The notes beneath the pieces were generated by a model. That model saw nothing but the letters and a program-made list of their open reading frames with translations. It was not told the DNA's origin and made no database searches. This document shows positions 8,179 to 17,756 of a DNA stretch of 64,000 bases, in pieces. Position 1 is the first letter of the stretch, and each line of letters starts with the position of its first letter. The translations under genes were made by a program, and so were the position numbers. The stretch covers positions 608,001-672,000 of the forward strand of contig OZ242260.1 in assembly GCA_965207065.1 (NCBI GenBank), given 5' to 3'. The DNA is from a bacterium (GTDB lineage: Bacteria > UBA8248).

Positions 8179-8240
8179 TGTAAATATCGATAAATTCGGA
8201 TAAATATGGATAAATTAACGGGGTTTTTCGATAAATAAAT
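8179..8240. repeat. Phased (GA)TAAAT repeats with 10-bp period
   Basis: TAAAT at 8181, 8191, 8201 and 8211, then 8232 and 8236, in an AT-rich patch between convergent genes. Confidence 0.55.
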
Positions 8241-8451
8241 TTCCTGGGATGGGGCGCCGCGGAATCCGGGCGCAGGGGAATTCTGCCACGGTCCGCATCC
8301 CACGCGCTTACCGCAAATGCGGGGAAATGCGGGCCCGGGGCATACAAACCCGGCGCAGCCCACCACGAGCGCGAACCGACACGAATCGAACTGGACCATG
8401 GGGGGCACGAGCGGGAATCCCCCGGCATTGAGGCCGCCATGCTTGCGCCAT

Positions 8452-9246
8452 TCATCTCTTACGGGTCAGCATCTCCCAGGAATGGCTGAAGAGGAACAGC
8501 ACAGAGGCCGCCACGACGATGCAGGGCCCCGCCGGCGCGTTCCATACGACCGACCCCCACAGACCCGCCGCTACCGAGACGATCCCCGCCAGGACGGCGA
8601 ACACCGCCATCTGCTCGGGCGTTTTGGCGAACCGCCGCGCCGCCGCCGGCGGTATGATGAGCATCGAGATGATGAGCAGAATCCCGATCAGTTTCATGGC
8701 GATGGCGATGATGAAGGCGATCAGGAGCATGAAGACGCATTTCACGGCGAAGGTCGGTATCCCTTCGGCGCTCGCCAGCTCCTCGTTCACCGTAACGGCG
8801 AGAAGCCCACGCCAAATCAAGGCGAGCGCACCAAGCGCAGCCGCCCCTCCGAGGTATATCCACCACAAATCCAGCGCGCCGACCGCGAGGATGTCCCCGA
8901 AGAGATAGCCCAGCAGGTCCACCCGGATCGACTCCATCAGGCTGACGGCAATGATGCCCACCGCGAGCGCCGTGTGCGCCAGGATGCCGAGCAGCGTGTC
9001 GGTGGATAGTGTTTTCCGGCTCTGCAGCGTCATGAGAACGATTGCGAGACCGATGCAGGCGATGAGGATGCCGAGCCGCAAGTCGATACCGAAGGCGAAG
9101 CCAATCGCCACGCCGAGGAGGGCCGTGTGGGCAAGGGAACTTCCAAAGTAGGCCATCTTGCGCCAGACGATGAAGCAGCCCACGGGTCCCGTCACCATGG
9201 CGACGCCCACCCCGCCCATCAGTCCCCTCAATATGAAATCCTCCAT
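8452..9246 (-). CDS. znuB: Zinc ABC transporter permease
   Basis: 'GPVGCFIVWRKMAYFGSSLAH', 'YLFGDIL', 'IIPPAAARRFAKTPEQM'; start moved to MEDFIL, overlapping the znuC stop. Confidence 0.9.
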   Translation of the reverse strand: MEDFILRGLMGGVGVAMVTGPVGCFIVWRKMAYFGSSLAHTALLGVAIGFAFGIDLRLGILIACIGLAIVLMTLQSRKTLSTDTLLGILAHTALAVGIIAVSLMESIRVDLLGYLFGDILAVGALDLWWIYLGGAAALGALALIWRGLLAVTVNEELASAEGIPTFAVKCVFMLLIAFIIAIAMKLIGILLIISMLIIPPAAARRFAKTPEQMAVFAVLAGIVSVAAGLWGSVVWNAPAGPCIVVAASVLFLFSHSWEMLTRKR

Positions 9247-10031
9247 CAGTCGTCTCCGTGATGGTGGTGGGCTTCTTCGATGGGGAGTATCTCCCCTTCG
9301 GAACCGTGAACATGGTTGTGCTTGTGGGTGTATATGGCCAGGCTCTCGGCCGCATGCTTTCCAAAGAGGGCGAGGTATTCTGGGTTTTTGCTCACGGCTT
9401 CGGGATGTCCGCAGCAACAGATGTGCCTGTTGAGGCACACCACGCGATCGGTGAACGCCATGACGAGATGGAGGTCGTGCGAAATCATGATGACGCCGCA
9501 GCCCCTCTCGTCTCTGATCTTCGCGATCAGGCGGTAGAGTTCGCTCTGTCCGTTGACGTCCACGCTCTGAATCGGTTCGTCGAGAACGAGCAGTTCGGGG
9601 TCGCGCAGCAGGGCGCGGGCGAGAAGCACGCGCTGGCGCTCACCACCCGAGAGGCTCTGGACGGGATGATCCAGCAGGTTTCTCGCGCCCACCTCTTCGA
9701 GATGCGCCTCCATCTGCTCGAGCGACGGCTTTTGCGTGAGGCTTAACAGCCTGCGCACTGTGAGCGGAAGCGAGGGGTCCACCTCGAAAGCCTGGGGCAG
9801 GTAGCCGACCGAGAGGCCCTCTTTCCGGTGGACTTCGCCAGAATCGGACTTGATCAGTCCGAGAAGCACGCGAACCAGTGTGGTCTTCCCCGCGCCGTTC
9901 GGGCCGATGAGGGTGAGGATTTCACCCGCCGAAATGTCGAGACCGACGTTATGGAGTATCGTCGTTTCGCCGAATCGGAGATAAAGGTTCGCGGCGGTGA
10001 CGAGATTGCGCCGCGCGTTATTCATCTTCAT
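9246..10031 (-). CDS. znuC: Zinc ABC transporter ATP-binding protein
   Basis: Walker [14 protein letters not shown], 'SHDLHLVM', 'ICCCGHP', His-rich tail. Confidence 0.9.
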   Translation of the reverse strand: MKMNNARRNLVTAANLYLRFGETTILHNVGLDISAGEILTLIGPNGAGKTTLVRVLLGLIKSDSGEVHRKEGLSVGYLPQAFEVDPSLPLTVRRLLSLTQKPSLEQMEAHLEEVGARNLLDHPVQSLSGGERQRVLLARALLRDPELLVLDEPIQSVDVNGQSELYRLIAKIRDERGCGVIMISHDLHLVMAFTDRVVCLNRHICCCGHPEAVSKNPEYLALFGKHAAESLAIYTHKHNHVHGSEGEILPIEEAHHHHGDD

Positions 10032-10506
10032 GACACTCCTGGCACCTGCCGCTGATTTCCATGACGGGCATCTCCACCAGGAAACCGGCCCGGGTGGCGC
10101 TCGCCTCGATGGCTTCGCCGATTTCCTGGCTGTGCGTCTCGGCCACGCTTCCACAATCGCGGCATATTAAGAACAGGGCATCGTGAGCATCCGCCGCCAT
10201 GGCGCAGCCCACGAACGCCTTTTGGCTCTCGATACGGTGGATGAGGCCGTGCTTCAAGAGAAAATCAAGCGCCCGGTAGACCGTGGGTGGGGCATTTCGC
10301 TCCCCGTCCGCGTTCATGCGCTGGAGCACGTCATACGCGCCCAGGGGCGCGTGGCTTTCCTGGATGATCTCCAATACTCGTCTCCTGAGCGGCGTGAGCC
10401 TCGCGCCGCGTTCCCCGCAAAGCGTTTCCGCCTGTTTTACGGCGTCCTCGATGCAGGCGCGGTGATCATGTTCGGGTCCAGGGAAATGTAATTTCGTGTT
10501 GGCCAT
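10018..10506 (-). CDS. zur: Zinc uptake regulator (Fur family)
   Basis: '[11 protein letters not shown]', 'GAYDVL', '[11 protein letters not shown]', CxxC pairs 'CRDCG' and 'CQEC'; start at MANTK. Confidence 0.9.
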   Translation of the reverse strand: MANTKLHFPGPEHDHRACIEDAVKQAETLCGERGARLTPLRRRVLEIIQESHAPLGAYDVLQRMNADGERNAPPTVYRALDFLLKHGLIHRIESQKAFVGCAMAADAHDALFLICRDCGSVAETHSQEIGEAIEASATRAGFLVEMPVMEISGRCQECHEDE

Positions 10507-10532
10507 AAAATTATTCCTTGACGGGCTAAAAT

Positions 10533-10555
10533 GTAACGTTATATTATAACATATA
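10533..10555. promoter_or_regulatory. Zur box
   Basis: GTAACGTTATATTATAACATATA with palindromic core GTTATA-T-TATAAC, between divergent zur and znuA; resembles the GAAATGTTATAwTATAACATTTC consensus. Confidence 0.85.
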
Positions 10556-10593
10556 TATCGTTCTTTCAACCCCCACCCTGAAAGGAAACACCA

Positions 10594-11646
10594 ATGAAAT
10601 ATGTATTCCTTGGATTGGCCTTGGGCGTAGTCCTCTGTGCGCAGACCGCGCTTTCCGCCCATGCGGCGCCTCGCGTGGTGGTCTCCATCAATCCGCTCCA
10701 TTCGCTGGTCGCAGGCGTCATGAAGGGAGTCGGGACGCCCGAGCTATTGATGAAAGGCGCCGCTTCGCCCCATACGTTTTCCCTGAAGCCTTCTGACGCC
10801 AGAATGCTAACGAAAGCGCGCGTGATTTTCTGGGTAGGGGAGGTACTTGCGCCAAGCCTGGAGCGTTCCCTCGAAACGCTTCCGAAAAAAGCGGAAGTCA
10901 TCGCCATGGCGGAGATAAAGGGTCTGAAGCTGTTGAAGCTCAGAGAAGGCGGCTTGTGGGAAGGGCACGACGATCATCATGACGAGAAGGAAAAAGGCGA
11001 TCATCACGACGAGCATAAGCACGTAAAAGCCAAAGACGATCATCACGACAAGCATGAGCACGAAAAAGCCAAGGACGATCATCACGACGAGAAGGCCGGG
11101 GGTCATCACGGGGAGCATCATCACGGCGGCTTCGACGTGCACGTCTGGCTCGACCCGATGAACGCCCGCAAGTGGGTGGACGCCATCGCACATGAGCTCG
11201 AAGAGGTGGATTCTCCGAACAAGAAGAAATACGAGGCGAACGCGCGGATTATTAAGACCCGCATCGAAGCCTTGCACAAGGATCTCGCACGGACCCTCAC
11301 GCCCGTGAAAGGCGCGCCCTACATCGTCTTTCACGATGCGTATCAATACATGGAGAAACGCTACGGGTTGAACGCTATCGGGTCGGTTTCCCTCTCGCCC
11401 GAGAAAAAGCCGGGCACGGCGCGTCTCGTCGAGATTCGCAAGAAGATCAAGAACACGAAGTCGATCTGCGTGTTCACCGAGCCGCAGTTCCAGCCCAAAC
11501 TGGTGCGGACCATCATCAAAGGCACGGACGCGAGGACGGGCGTGCTGGATCCACTGGGCGCAAAGGTTCCCGCCGGTGAGGACGCGTATTTCACCCTCAT
11601 GCGCAACATGGCGAAATCGCTCAGGACGTGCCTTTCAGGGAAATAA
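10594..11646 (+). CDS. znuA: Zinc ABC transporter substrate-binding protein
   Basis: Signal peptide, 'ASPHTFSLKPSD', long His/Asp/Lys loop, 'DVHVWLDP', 'VFHDAYQY', 'LDPLG'. Confidence 0.92.
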   Translation: MKYVFLGLALGVVLCAQTALSAHAAPRVVVSINPLHSLVAGVMKGVGTPELLMKGAASPHTFSLKPSDARMLTKARVIFWVGEVLAPSLERSLETLPKKAEVIAMAEIKGLKLLKLREGGLWEGHDDHHDEKEKGDHHDEHKHVKAKDDHHDKHEHEKAKDDHHDEKAGGHHGEHHHGGFDVHVWLDPMNARKWVDAIAHELEEVDSPNKKKYEANARIIKTRIEALHKDLARTLTPVKGAPYIVFHDAYQYMEKRYGLNAIGSVSLSPEKKPGTARLVEIRKKIKNTKSICVFTEPQFQPKLVRTIIKGTDARTGVLDPLGAKVPAGEDAYFTLMRNMAKSLRTCLSGK

Positions 11647-11909
11647 TTTGACGCGGCGTTTTCCGGGGATATGGAGCGAGCCCACCCGGTTCCCCGCGTA
11701 TTCTCGGTAGCCCGCGCCTGAATTTTTCGCGGCGACGGCATTCACCGGCCTGGCTCCCGCGCCCCCTGCCGGCCCGGCTCGGCCTCTTCGGGGCGCACGG
11801 CGCAGTGTCGCCGAGACGTTCTTCGGGCCGAAACCACCTAAAAATCACCATGCCCGGCGAATCAATCACTCGAACGTCACCCATGAACGGAAACGGATTC
11901 TATATAACT

Positions 11910-12108
11910 TCCGTATGGTCCAAGGCTGCATCCCGGCCACGTTGCGACACATGCGTGGGAGTGGAAAAGCCAGGACGGGATGCGGTTCCCGGTTCACGAA
12001 GCGAGCCGGCGGAACGCCTGCTCGGCGCATGCCCGGCGGGAGGAATTGCCATGGCGGGCAATGAAATCCATGGCCAGGCGGGAAACCATGCCTTGTCCAT
12101 ACTACGGA
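11910..12108 (+). ncRNA. Candidate structured RNA or palindromic element (unassigned)
   Basis: Terminal pairing TCCGTATGGTCCAAGGC (11910-11926) with GCCTTGTCCATACTACGGA (12090-12108); internal 10-bp stem 11926-11935/11976-11985; begins right after TATAAC. Confidence 0.3.
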
Positions 12109-12267
12109 GAGGGGTTTAATCGCGTGCAGGCTGGCATTCAGGGCCGGCAATGATGCGCCAGGGCATGACAAGCGCTGCCCTTGAAGGTATCATGAGTCTC
12201 TAGTTTGCTCTTCCATATCCGGAATCATCAAACGGCGGCATTCCGCACCGAATAGAGGGGGCGAATA

Positions 12268-13422
12268 ATGAGTGGTTCCGCGCACGGGGAAGTTCCGGAG
12301 ATCACCCTCGGGGTGGAGGAGGAGCTGTTTCTCGTCGACCCCGACACCCGCGACCTTCTGGCCGAACCCGACCCGGGGATCCTCGCGGCTTGCGAAAAGA
12401 GGCGCGGCCCTCACAAGGTGGTTCCCGAGTTCCTCCGCGCCCAACTCGAAACCAACACACGCGTCTGCGGCTCGGTGGCCGAAGCGTGCGAGGCGCTGCG
12501 CGAGACCCGGCGGGTCGTTATCGAGGCGGCCGAGGAGCACGGCGCAGCCGTGATGGCCGCCTCCACGCATCCTTTCGCGCAATGGCGGACGCAGCTGGTC
12601 ACGCCGAAGGATCGCTACGAGCGGTTCGCGGCCACCTACCAGGAGAGCTTCCGCCGGATCTGCCTGACCGCCATGCACGTCCACGCCGCCTTCGGCGACC
12701 CGGAATCGCGCATCCGGATCATGACGGCGCTCCGGAGATATCTTCCCCTTTTCCACGCGCTGTCGACGTCCTCGCCGTTCTACGGCGGGGGTGAGACCGG
12801 CTTGAAGTCCTGGCGGCTGAATCTCCTCGGCGTGCTTCCGCGCACCAGCATTCCCGGTCCGTTGCGTACCCGGGCGGAGTACGACCGCATCGTGGACGAC
12901 TACCGGCGCATCGAAGTCATCCGGGACGGCAGCGAAGTGTGGTGGGACATTCGCCCCTCCAACGCTCACCCGACGGTGGAGCTTCGCATCTGCGATACCT
13001 GCCCGCGCCTCGAGGACGCCGCGAGCATCATCGCCCTCTACGCCTCCCTGATCCGGTGGCTGGCGCGCCTGGACGGCGAGGGCCGCCTGCCGCCCGAGCC
13101 GCCCACGGAGATCATCGCCGAGAACCGCTGGCTCGCCCAGCGGTACGGTGTGCTGGCCTTTCTCGGCGACATGGACCTTGGAGGGCGTGTGGACATCGAG
13201 GACTACGCAACGGAACTGATCGAGAAACTCACCCCCGACGCCCGGGCGCTGGCGTGCGAGGATCAAATGCGCCACGCGCTCACCATCATCCGGGAGGGCA
13301 GCAGCGCAGACCGGCAAGTCGATCATTTCCGTCTTTGCCGCCTGAATGGCGAAAGCCGCGAAGAGGCCATGCGCTCCGTGGTGGATATGGTGCTCGCCGA
13401 AACCCGGGAGGGTGTCCTCTGA
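12268..13422 (+). CDS. YbdK-family carboxylate-amine ligase (glutamate-cysteine ligase 2)
   Basis: 'TLGVEEELFLVD', 'AASTHPF', 'MHVH', 'LSTSSPF', 'WWDIRP', 'TVELRICD'. Confidence 0.9.
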   Translation: MSGSAHGEVPEITLGVEEELFLVDPDTRDLLAEPDPGILAACEKRRGPHKVVPEFLRAQLETNTRVCGSVAEACEALRETRRVVIEAAEEHGAAVMAASTHPFAQWRTQLVTPKDRYERFAATYQESFRRICLTAMHVHAAFGDPESRIRIMTALRRYLPLFHALSTSSPFYGGGETGLKSWRLNLLGVLPRTSIPGPLRTRAEYDRIVDDYRRIEVIRDGSEVWWDIRPSNAHPTVELRICDTCPRLEDAASIIALYASLIRWLARLDGEGRLPPEPPTEIIAENRWLAQRYGVLAFLGDMDLGGRVDIEDYATELIEKLTPDARALACEDQMRHALTIIREGSSADRQVDHFRLCRLNGESREEAMRSVVDMVLAETREGVL

Positions 13423-13699
13423 ACGCCCGGACGGATCGAGGTGAAACGAAGGCCTCCCGCAGAGCGCACCCCGGTATCCGTTCCGATGGAAACAAATTTC
13501 CCAAAGGCCCGAACCTTCGGCACCGATGACATGGAGAGTTTATACGCGTGTGCCCCGGGCGCTTCGAACGCGAAGGCGAGACGTTCTCCGGCGAATTGGT
13601 GAAGGTTTGGAAAACCGATCAATCGGGCGCGTCCATCCCATCGGTTATACAGGTCCCGCGCAGCCGGCCTTCGTAGGCTTGTCGCGTACATCATCTGGA

Positions 13700-13834
13700 A
13701 CCGACGCAGGCCCTGCGCTTGAGGCGTACGAAAAGGTTGACGGGAACCGTGAACCGCTATCGCTCGACCTCGCCGCGACGCGGGCGAAGCTCACGAGCCA
13801 CGGGCTCAGGCTTTCCCTGCGCTATTCGTACTGA
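13700..13834 (+). pseudogene. Possible C-terminal remnant of an outer-membrane beta-barrel gene
   Basis: ORF 13526-13834 ends 'LAATRAKLTSHGLRLSLRYSY', a beta-signal-like terminus similar to 'HLFEIGLRYRF' of the 4933 OMP; no signal peptide upstream. Left boundary approximate. Confidence 0.35.
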
Positions 13835-13846
13835 GGCGGTGATGTA

Positions 13847-15016
13847 ATGCGTTACGTGTACATGATCGGCTGTCTCGCGGGTCTTCTGTTGATCTGCGCG
13901 TGGGCCGGCCCTGCCGCCGCCGACGGCAACTTCTCGCAGCGCCCCGGGTTCGCCGCGTATTTCGCAGCCAACCCTCCGGCCGGCGCCGCCAGTCCGGCCG
14001 ATCAGGCCCTGGCCCGCCGCCACGCGCCGCGCTTCCACCTGCCCGCCGGCCACGAAGGTCCCATCGACTTCTACCGCGACTATATCGCCCACGGTTACCT
14101 GATAACTGGCGACGGCGTTCGCATCGACGGCCCCACCGCCGGTGACCTGAACCGCTACCGCGAGGACGTCCGCGCCGAGTTCACGCACGCGCCGGGCGGG
14201 GTCGAGCCCCGGCCCCTCGTCTACGGCGCGGTGGAGCGCACAGGTCTGTGGGCGCCGGAGGATGCGGACCGGCCGGCCGGGGAATTCACCGTCCTCACCT
14301 ACCACCTGGTGTTCCGGGTGAGCGGCCTGCCGGCGGGGTTGTCCCCGGTCGCGGCCATCCCGCTCCGGCTGGTGGCGGACCTCGACGACTGGCACCAGCT
14401 CGACCACTACACAGCCGCGTTCGTGGTCCTGGCCGCGGATGGGCGTCCCGTCGCCCTGACCCTGCAGCAGCACAACTACCTGCGCACCTACCTGGTCGGC
14501 GAGTCTGTGGCGCTCGGGCCCGGCGGACGCTTCGACATCGACGTGGCCATCCGCTCGAACGAGCTTTACCCCCACGCTCCGGGACGGACGGTGCGCCAGG
14601 CGGTGCGGTTTCTGGACCATGACGCCAGGGCCTTCATGATGGGTTTCGGCAAGCGCCCGATGATGTCGGCGGACGACATCACCGACCCGCACCGCATCGT
14701 CGACTACGAGCTCGCCTTCCTCCCCGGCTCCGACGCCTTCTACTCGTTCCACGGCTTCCTCGGCGAGCGCCGCGGGTTGCCCGGCCGCGACGGCCCGCCC
14801 GGGGCCCGCTACAACACCCTGCCCGAGCTCAAGCCCCTGCCCGCGCAGGTCTTGGGCGGTTACTGGCGCGAGGGGAACGAGGGCGACTGGGCGCGGTACC
14901 GGAACAGCCGGGAGAACGGCTTCGGCCCGGCCGGTTTCGCGCGAGCGCAGGCGGCGGTGTTCCATCGCAACCTCGGCTGCCTGCGCCGGGAGCGCAAAGG
15001 CTGCGCGTTGGAATAG
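13847..15016 (+). CDS. Secreted hypothetical protein
   Basis: Signal peptide ending AAA-D, strong GC3 codon bias, RBS-like GAGGCGGT; no family confidently recognised. Confidence 0.75.
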   Translation: MRYVYMIGCLAGLLLICAWAGPAAADGNFSQRPGFAAYFAANPPAGAASPADQALARRHAPRFHLPAGHEGPIDFYRDYIAHGYLITGDGVRIDGPTAGDLNRYREDVRAEFTHAPGGVEPRPLVYGAVERTGLWAPEDADRPAGEFTVLTYHLVFRVSGLPAGLSPVAAIPLRLVADLDDWHQLDHYTAAFVVLAADGRPVALTLQQHNYLRTYLVGESVALGPGGRFDIDVAIRSNELYPHAPGRTVRQAVRFLDHDARAFMMGFGKRPMMSADDITDPHRIVDYELAFLPGSDAFYSFHGFLGERRGLPGRDGPPGARYNTLPELKPLPAQVLGGYWREGNEGDWARYRNSRENGFGPAGFARAQAAVFHRNLGCLRRERKGCALE

Positions 15017-15176
15017 CGGTTGAGCGACTGTTCCCCGACCCCTTCCTGGCCTGTTTCGCCGTCCCCATCACCCAGGTCAGGGTGGTGCCCGGCTGGTCGC
15101 CCAAGGCGGTGACCAGGTGGCCGGCGGCGGCGGGGTCGCGATTGAACTTATCGAAGATGATGGGCCGCACGGTCCG

Positions 15177-15326
15177 GATACAGGCGGCGGACTCGCGCGC
15201 CGAATCGCGCGCGAGATGGGCGTAGCGCGCGGTGGTCTCGATCCGGGCGTGGCCCAGGAGTTTCCCTATCATGGAAAGCCCCTCGCCGAGCGCCAGGGCG
15301 CGCGAGGCGAACGAATGCCTGAGGTC
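15177..15326 (-). pseudogene. Tyrosine recombinase/integrase C-terminal fragment
   Basis: 'DLRHSFASRALALGEGLSMIGKLLGHARIETTARYAHLA' is box II with LRH, LGH and the catalytic Tyr; the N-terminal part is absent. Confidence 0.8.
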
Positions 15327-15642
15327 CGTGAATTCAGACGTCATGAAGCCCCGCACCCCTCCCTCATGGCCCGTCCCGGCCTCCTCGCGGCCAATGACAA
15401 TGGCTGCGGGGAAACAAAAAAAGCAAATCGAGATAAAAAAGAGCACAAACTGCGTGGAAAATCAGGTGACCCCCTGAAAAACATTTGCAATCTCTATCAT
15501 CTCGACTCACATTTACTTTGTCCGCCCAAGCTGCTTTCGGTGCGGTGGCAAAGGCGCGAAGGATGTCTCAGTAGCGGCCGCTTCGGGTTCAGCAAGACTC
15601 CCAGCCGCCGTTACGCCCGGAACTGAAGGAAGAAGTTGAAAA

Positions 15643-16047
15643 ATGATGAGATCACGGACGCGACCCGTCATCATCGATCAGGCGGATTTGCCCTGGGAAG
15701 GGTGGGAGGATGCCGATGTCGCCGCACGCAGCGCCATCCGCTGGAAACTCCTGGCCGCGGGTGAACGCACGGAGAGCGCCGGGCTCGTCATCGGCATCGC
15801 GGAGGTCCCGCCGGGCGAGCGGCTCTTGCTGCATCACCATGGGCCGGAAGAGACCTATTACATCGTGCAGGGGCGCGGGCGCATGGAAATCGAAGACCGT
15901 GCGGCCGACATCGGGCCCGGATTCGCCGCCTATATTCCGCCCAATGCCAGGCACACGTTGCGCTGTACCGGCACAGAACCTCTCATCCTGGTGTTCTCCT
16001 TTGCGCGAGACCGCTTCGACCAGGTCGACTACCACTTCGACGAATAG
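15643..16047 (+). CDS. Cupin, DddK/DddW-like DMSP lyase candidate
   Basis: 'RWKLL...SAGLVIGIAEVPPG...LHHHGPEETYY...G.G...YIPPNARH...F..DRFDQVDY' retains the HxH-x3-E-x-Y motif and the distal His. Confidence 0.65.
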   Translation: MMRSRTRPVIIDQADLPWEGWEDADVAARSAIRWKLLAAGERTESAGLVIGIAEVPPGERLLLHHHGPEETYYIVQGRGRMEIEDRAADIGPGFAAYIPPNARHTLRCTGTEPLILVFSFARDRFDQVDYHFDE

Positions 16048-16210
16048 CGCCTCGCCGCCATCGTTCGCCAGGCCTGCGATGACGGGAAATGCGCGCCAAT
16101 ACGGGGAAATTTCGGGAGCGAAATAAGTGCTAATCTCCCGTCGGCGCGCAAATAAACGCCCGCCGCCGGAACCGGATAAAACTTGCAAATATCTGAGAAT
16201 AAAGGAGTTG

Positions 16211-16471
16211 CTAGAGGGAGCGCTCGCGCTTCGCGATGTCGGCCATGACCTTCGAGATGCCGCGCTTGGCGATGATCTTGAGGCCCTTCGCCGAGACGCG
16301 CAGCTTCACCCAGCGCTTCTCCTCGGGGAGATAGAAGCGCTTCACGTGTAAGTTCGCCTCGAAGCGCCGCCTCGTCTTCTTGTGCGAATGCGAGACGTTG
16401 TTTCCGTAAGCCACGCTTTTTCCGGTAATTACGCAGTGCTTGCGCGCCACGGGCTTCTTGTAGGTCGCCAT
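16211..16471 (-). CDS. rpmB: 50S ribosomal protein L28
   Basis: 'CVITGK...GNNVSHSHKKTRRRFEANL...WVKLRVSAKGLK'. Confidence 0.95.
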   Translation of the reverse strand: MATYKKPVARKHCVITGKSVAYGNNVSHSHKKTRRRFEANLHVKRFYLPEEKRWVKLRVSAKGLKIIAKRGISKVMADIAKRERSL

Positions 16472-16621
16472 CTATTTGGTCTCCCGAAACGGCTGGTGGC
16501 TCCGGCAGAATTTGCAGTACTTCCTGAATTCGAGCCGGTCCGGCGTATTCCGCTTGTTCTTGGTGCTGGTGTAGCGCATCTTCTTACATGTCGTGCATTC
16601 GAGTTGAATGTTCTCGCGCAT
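16472..16621 (-). CDS. rpmG: 50S ribosomal protein L33 (Zn-ribbon, C+ type)
   Basis: Hand translation [49 protein letters not shown]; 49 aa, below the ORF-track cutoff. Confidence 0.95.
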   Translation of the reverse strand: MRENIQLECTTCKKMRYTSTKNKRNTPDRLEFRKYCKFCRSHQPFRETK

Positions 16622-16855
16622 CTCGAAACCTCAACAAAAATCAATGTCTTGGGATGCAACTAGGCATCCTCGGTCCACAAAGAAGCGCAACCATAGCCAA
16701 GCCCCGGGAAAAAGGCAAGAGGCGCGCGAGGTATTTTGTTTATCGCTTATGCGCTAGAATCGCGTATTCAACATCATCGAGAAGCGGATGAAGCGCAACT
16801 TGATTCTCAAAACCCGCGCACATCCGAAAATTCAAACGTCGAAGGAGACAGCGCC

Positions 16856-17737
16856 GTGTCGAAAATCGTAGCGTATTTAGGGCTTGGCACCATGGGCGGA
16901 GCCATGGTCAACAATCTTCTCAAGGCAGGTTTCGTCGTTCACGGATACGACCCCGTGCCCGAGGTACGCGCACGGGCGGAGGAGGCGGGAGCGAAAACCT
17001 TCGACTCCCCGGCGGAGGCGGCTTCCGAGGCGGACGTCATCTGCTCATCCGTGCCCGAAACCAAGGACGTTCACGAAACCTATCTGGGCGAAAAAGGCGC
17101 GCTGCTCACCTCCAAAGATGGCGTCGTCTGTTTTGATTTCTCCACCATCGCCCCCGCCGGCAGCCAGGCCATCGCGCAGCAAGCGGCGGGAAAAGGCGCG
17201 ATATTCCTCGATACGCCCGTGAGCGGCAGCGCGCCCAGCGCCATCAGTGCAGAGCTTAACGTGATGGTGGGCGGCGATGAAGCGGCGTTGAACCGACACC
17301 GCGACGTTCTCGAGGCCGTCTCCGAGTCCATCAACTATTTCGGCCCAAACGGCGCGGGCTTGCACATGAAGCTCGTGGCCAATCAAATCGTCTCGGTGTT
17401 TCTCTCCGTGGTGTCCGAGGGACTCACCCTTGGGGAGCGCTCGGGTCTCGACCCCGTCGAGATGATGGATTACCTGAAAAGCGCATCGATCCCGAAAATT
17501 CTAAGCATCAAGGGTCCCGCCCTGGCGAGTAGGGACTACACGCCCGCCTTCAAAATCGACTTGATGCGCAAAGACCTGCGCCTCATCTCCGAGATGGCCG
17601 AGGCCGCGACGACGCCGACGCCGTTCGCAGCACTTGCGAGGCAGGTCTTCATCGCCACGTCGGCCATGGGCTACGGTGAGGTGGACCAAAACGGGGTGCG
17701 AGAGTTTTTCGATAAAACCGCAGGGCTCAGCTCTTGA
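16856..17737 (+). CDS. 3-hydroxyisobutyrate dehydrogenase-family NAD(P)-dependent oxidoreductase
   Basis: 'YLGLGTMG', 'LDTPVSG', 'VMVGGD', 'MKLVAN', 'KDL'; GTG start after GGAG. Confidence 0.85.
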   Translation: MSKIVAYLGLGTMGGAMVNNLLKAGFVVHGYDPVPEVRARAEEAGAKTFDSPAEAASEADVICSSVPETKDVHETYLGEKGALLTSKDGVVCFDFSTIAPAGSQAIAQQAAGKGAIFLDTPVSGSAPSAISAELNVMVGGDEAALNRHRDVLEAVSESINYFGPNGAGLHMKLVANQIVSVFLSVVSEGLTLGERSGLDPVEMMDYLKSASIPKILSIKGPALASRDYTPAFKIDLMRKDLRLISEMAEAATTPTPFAALARQVFIATSAMGYGEVDQNGVREFFDKTAGLSS

Positions 17738-17756
17738 GTGGCCGCGCCTGAAAGTC

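Noticed and set aside
10965-11125. Tandem GACGATCATCACGAC-like repeats
   Set aside because: They encode the ordinary His-rich loop of ZnuA.
14829-15446. Functional integrase or prophage
   Set aside because: Only about 50 aa match; no N-terminal domain, att/tRNA site or phage genes.
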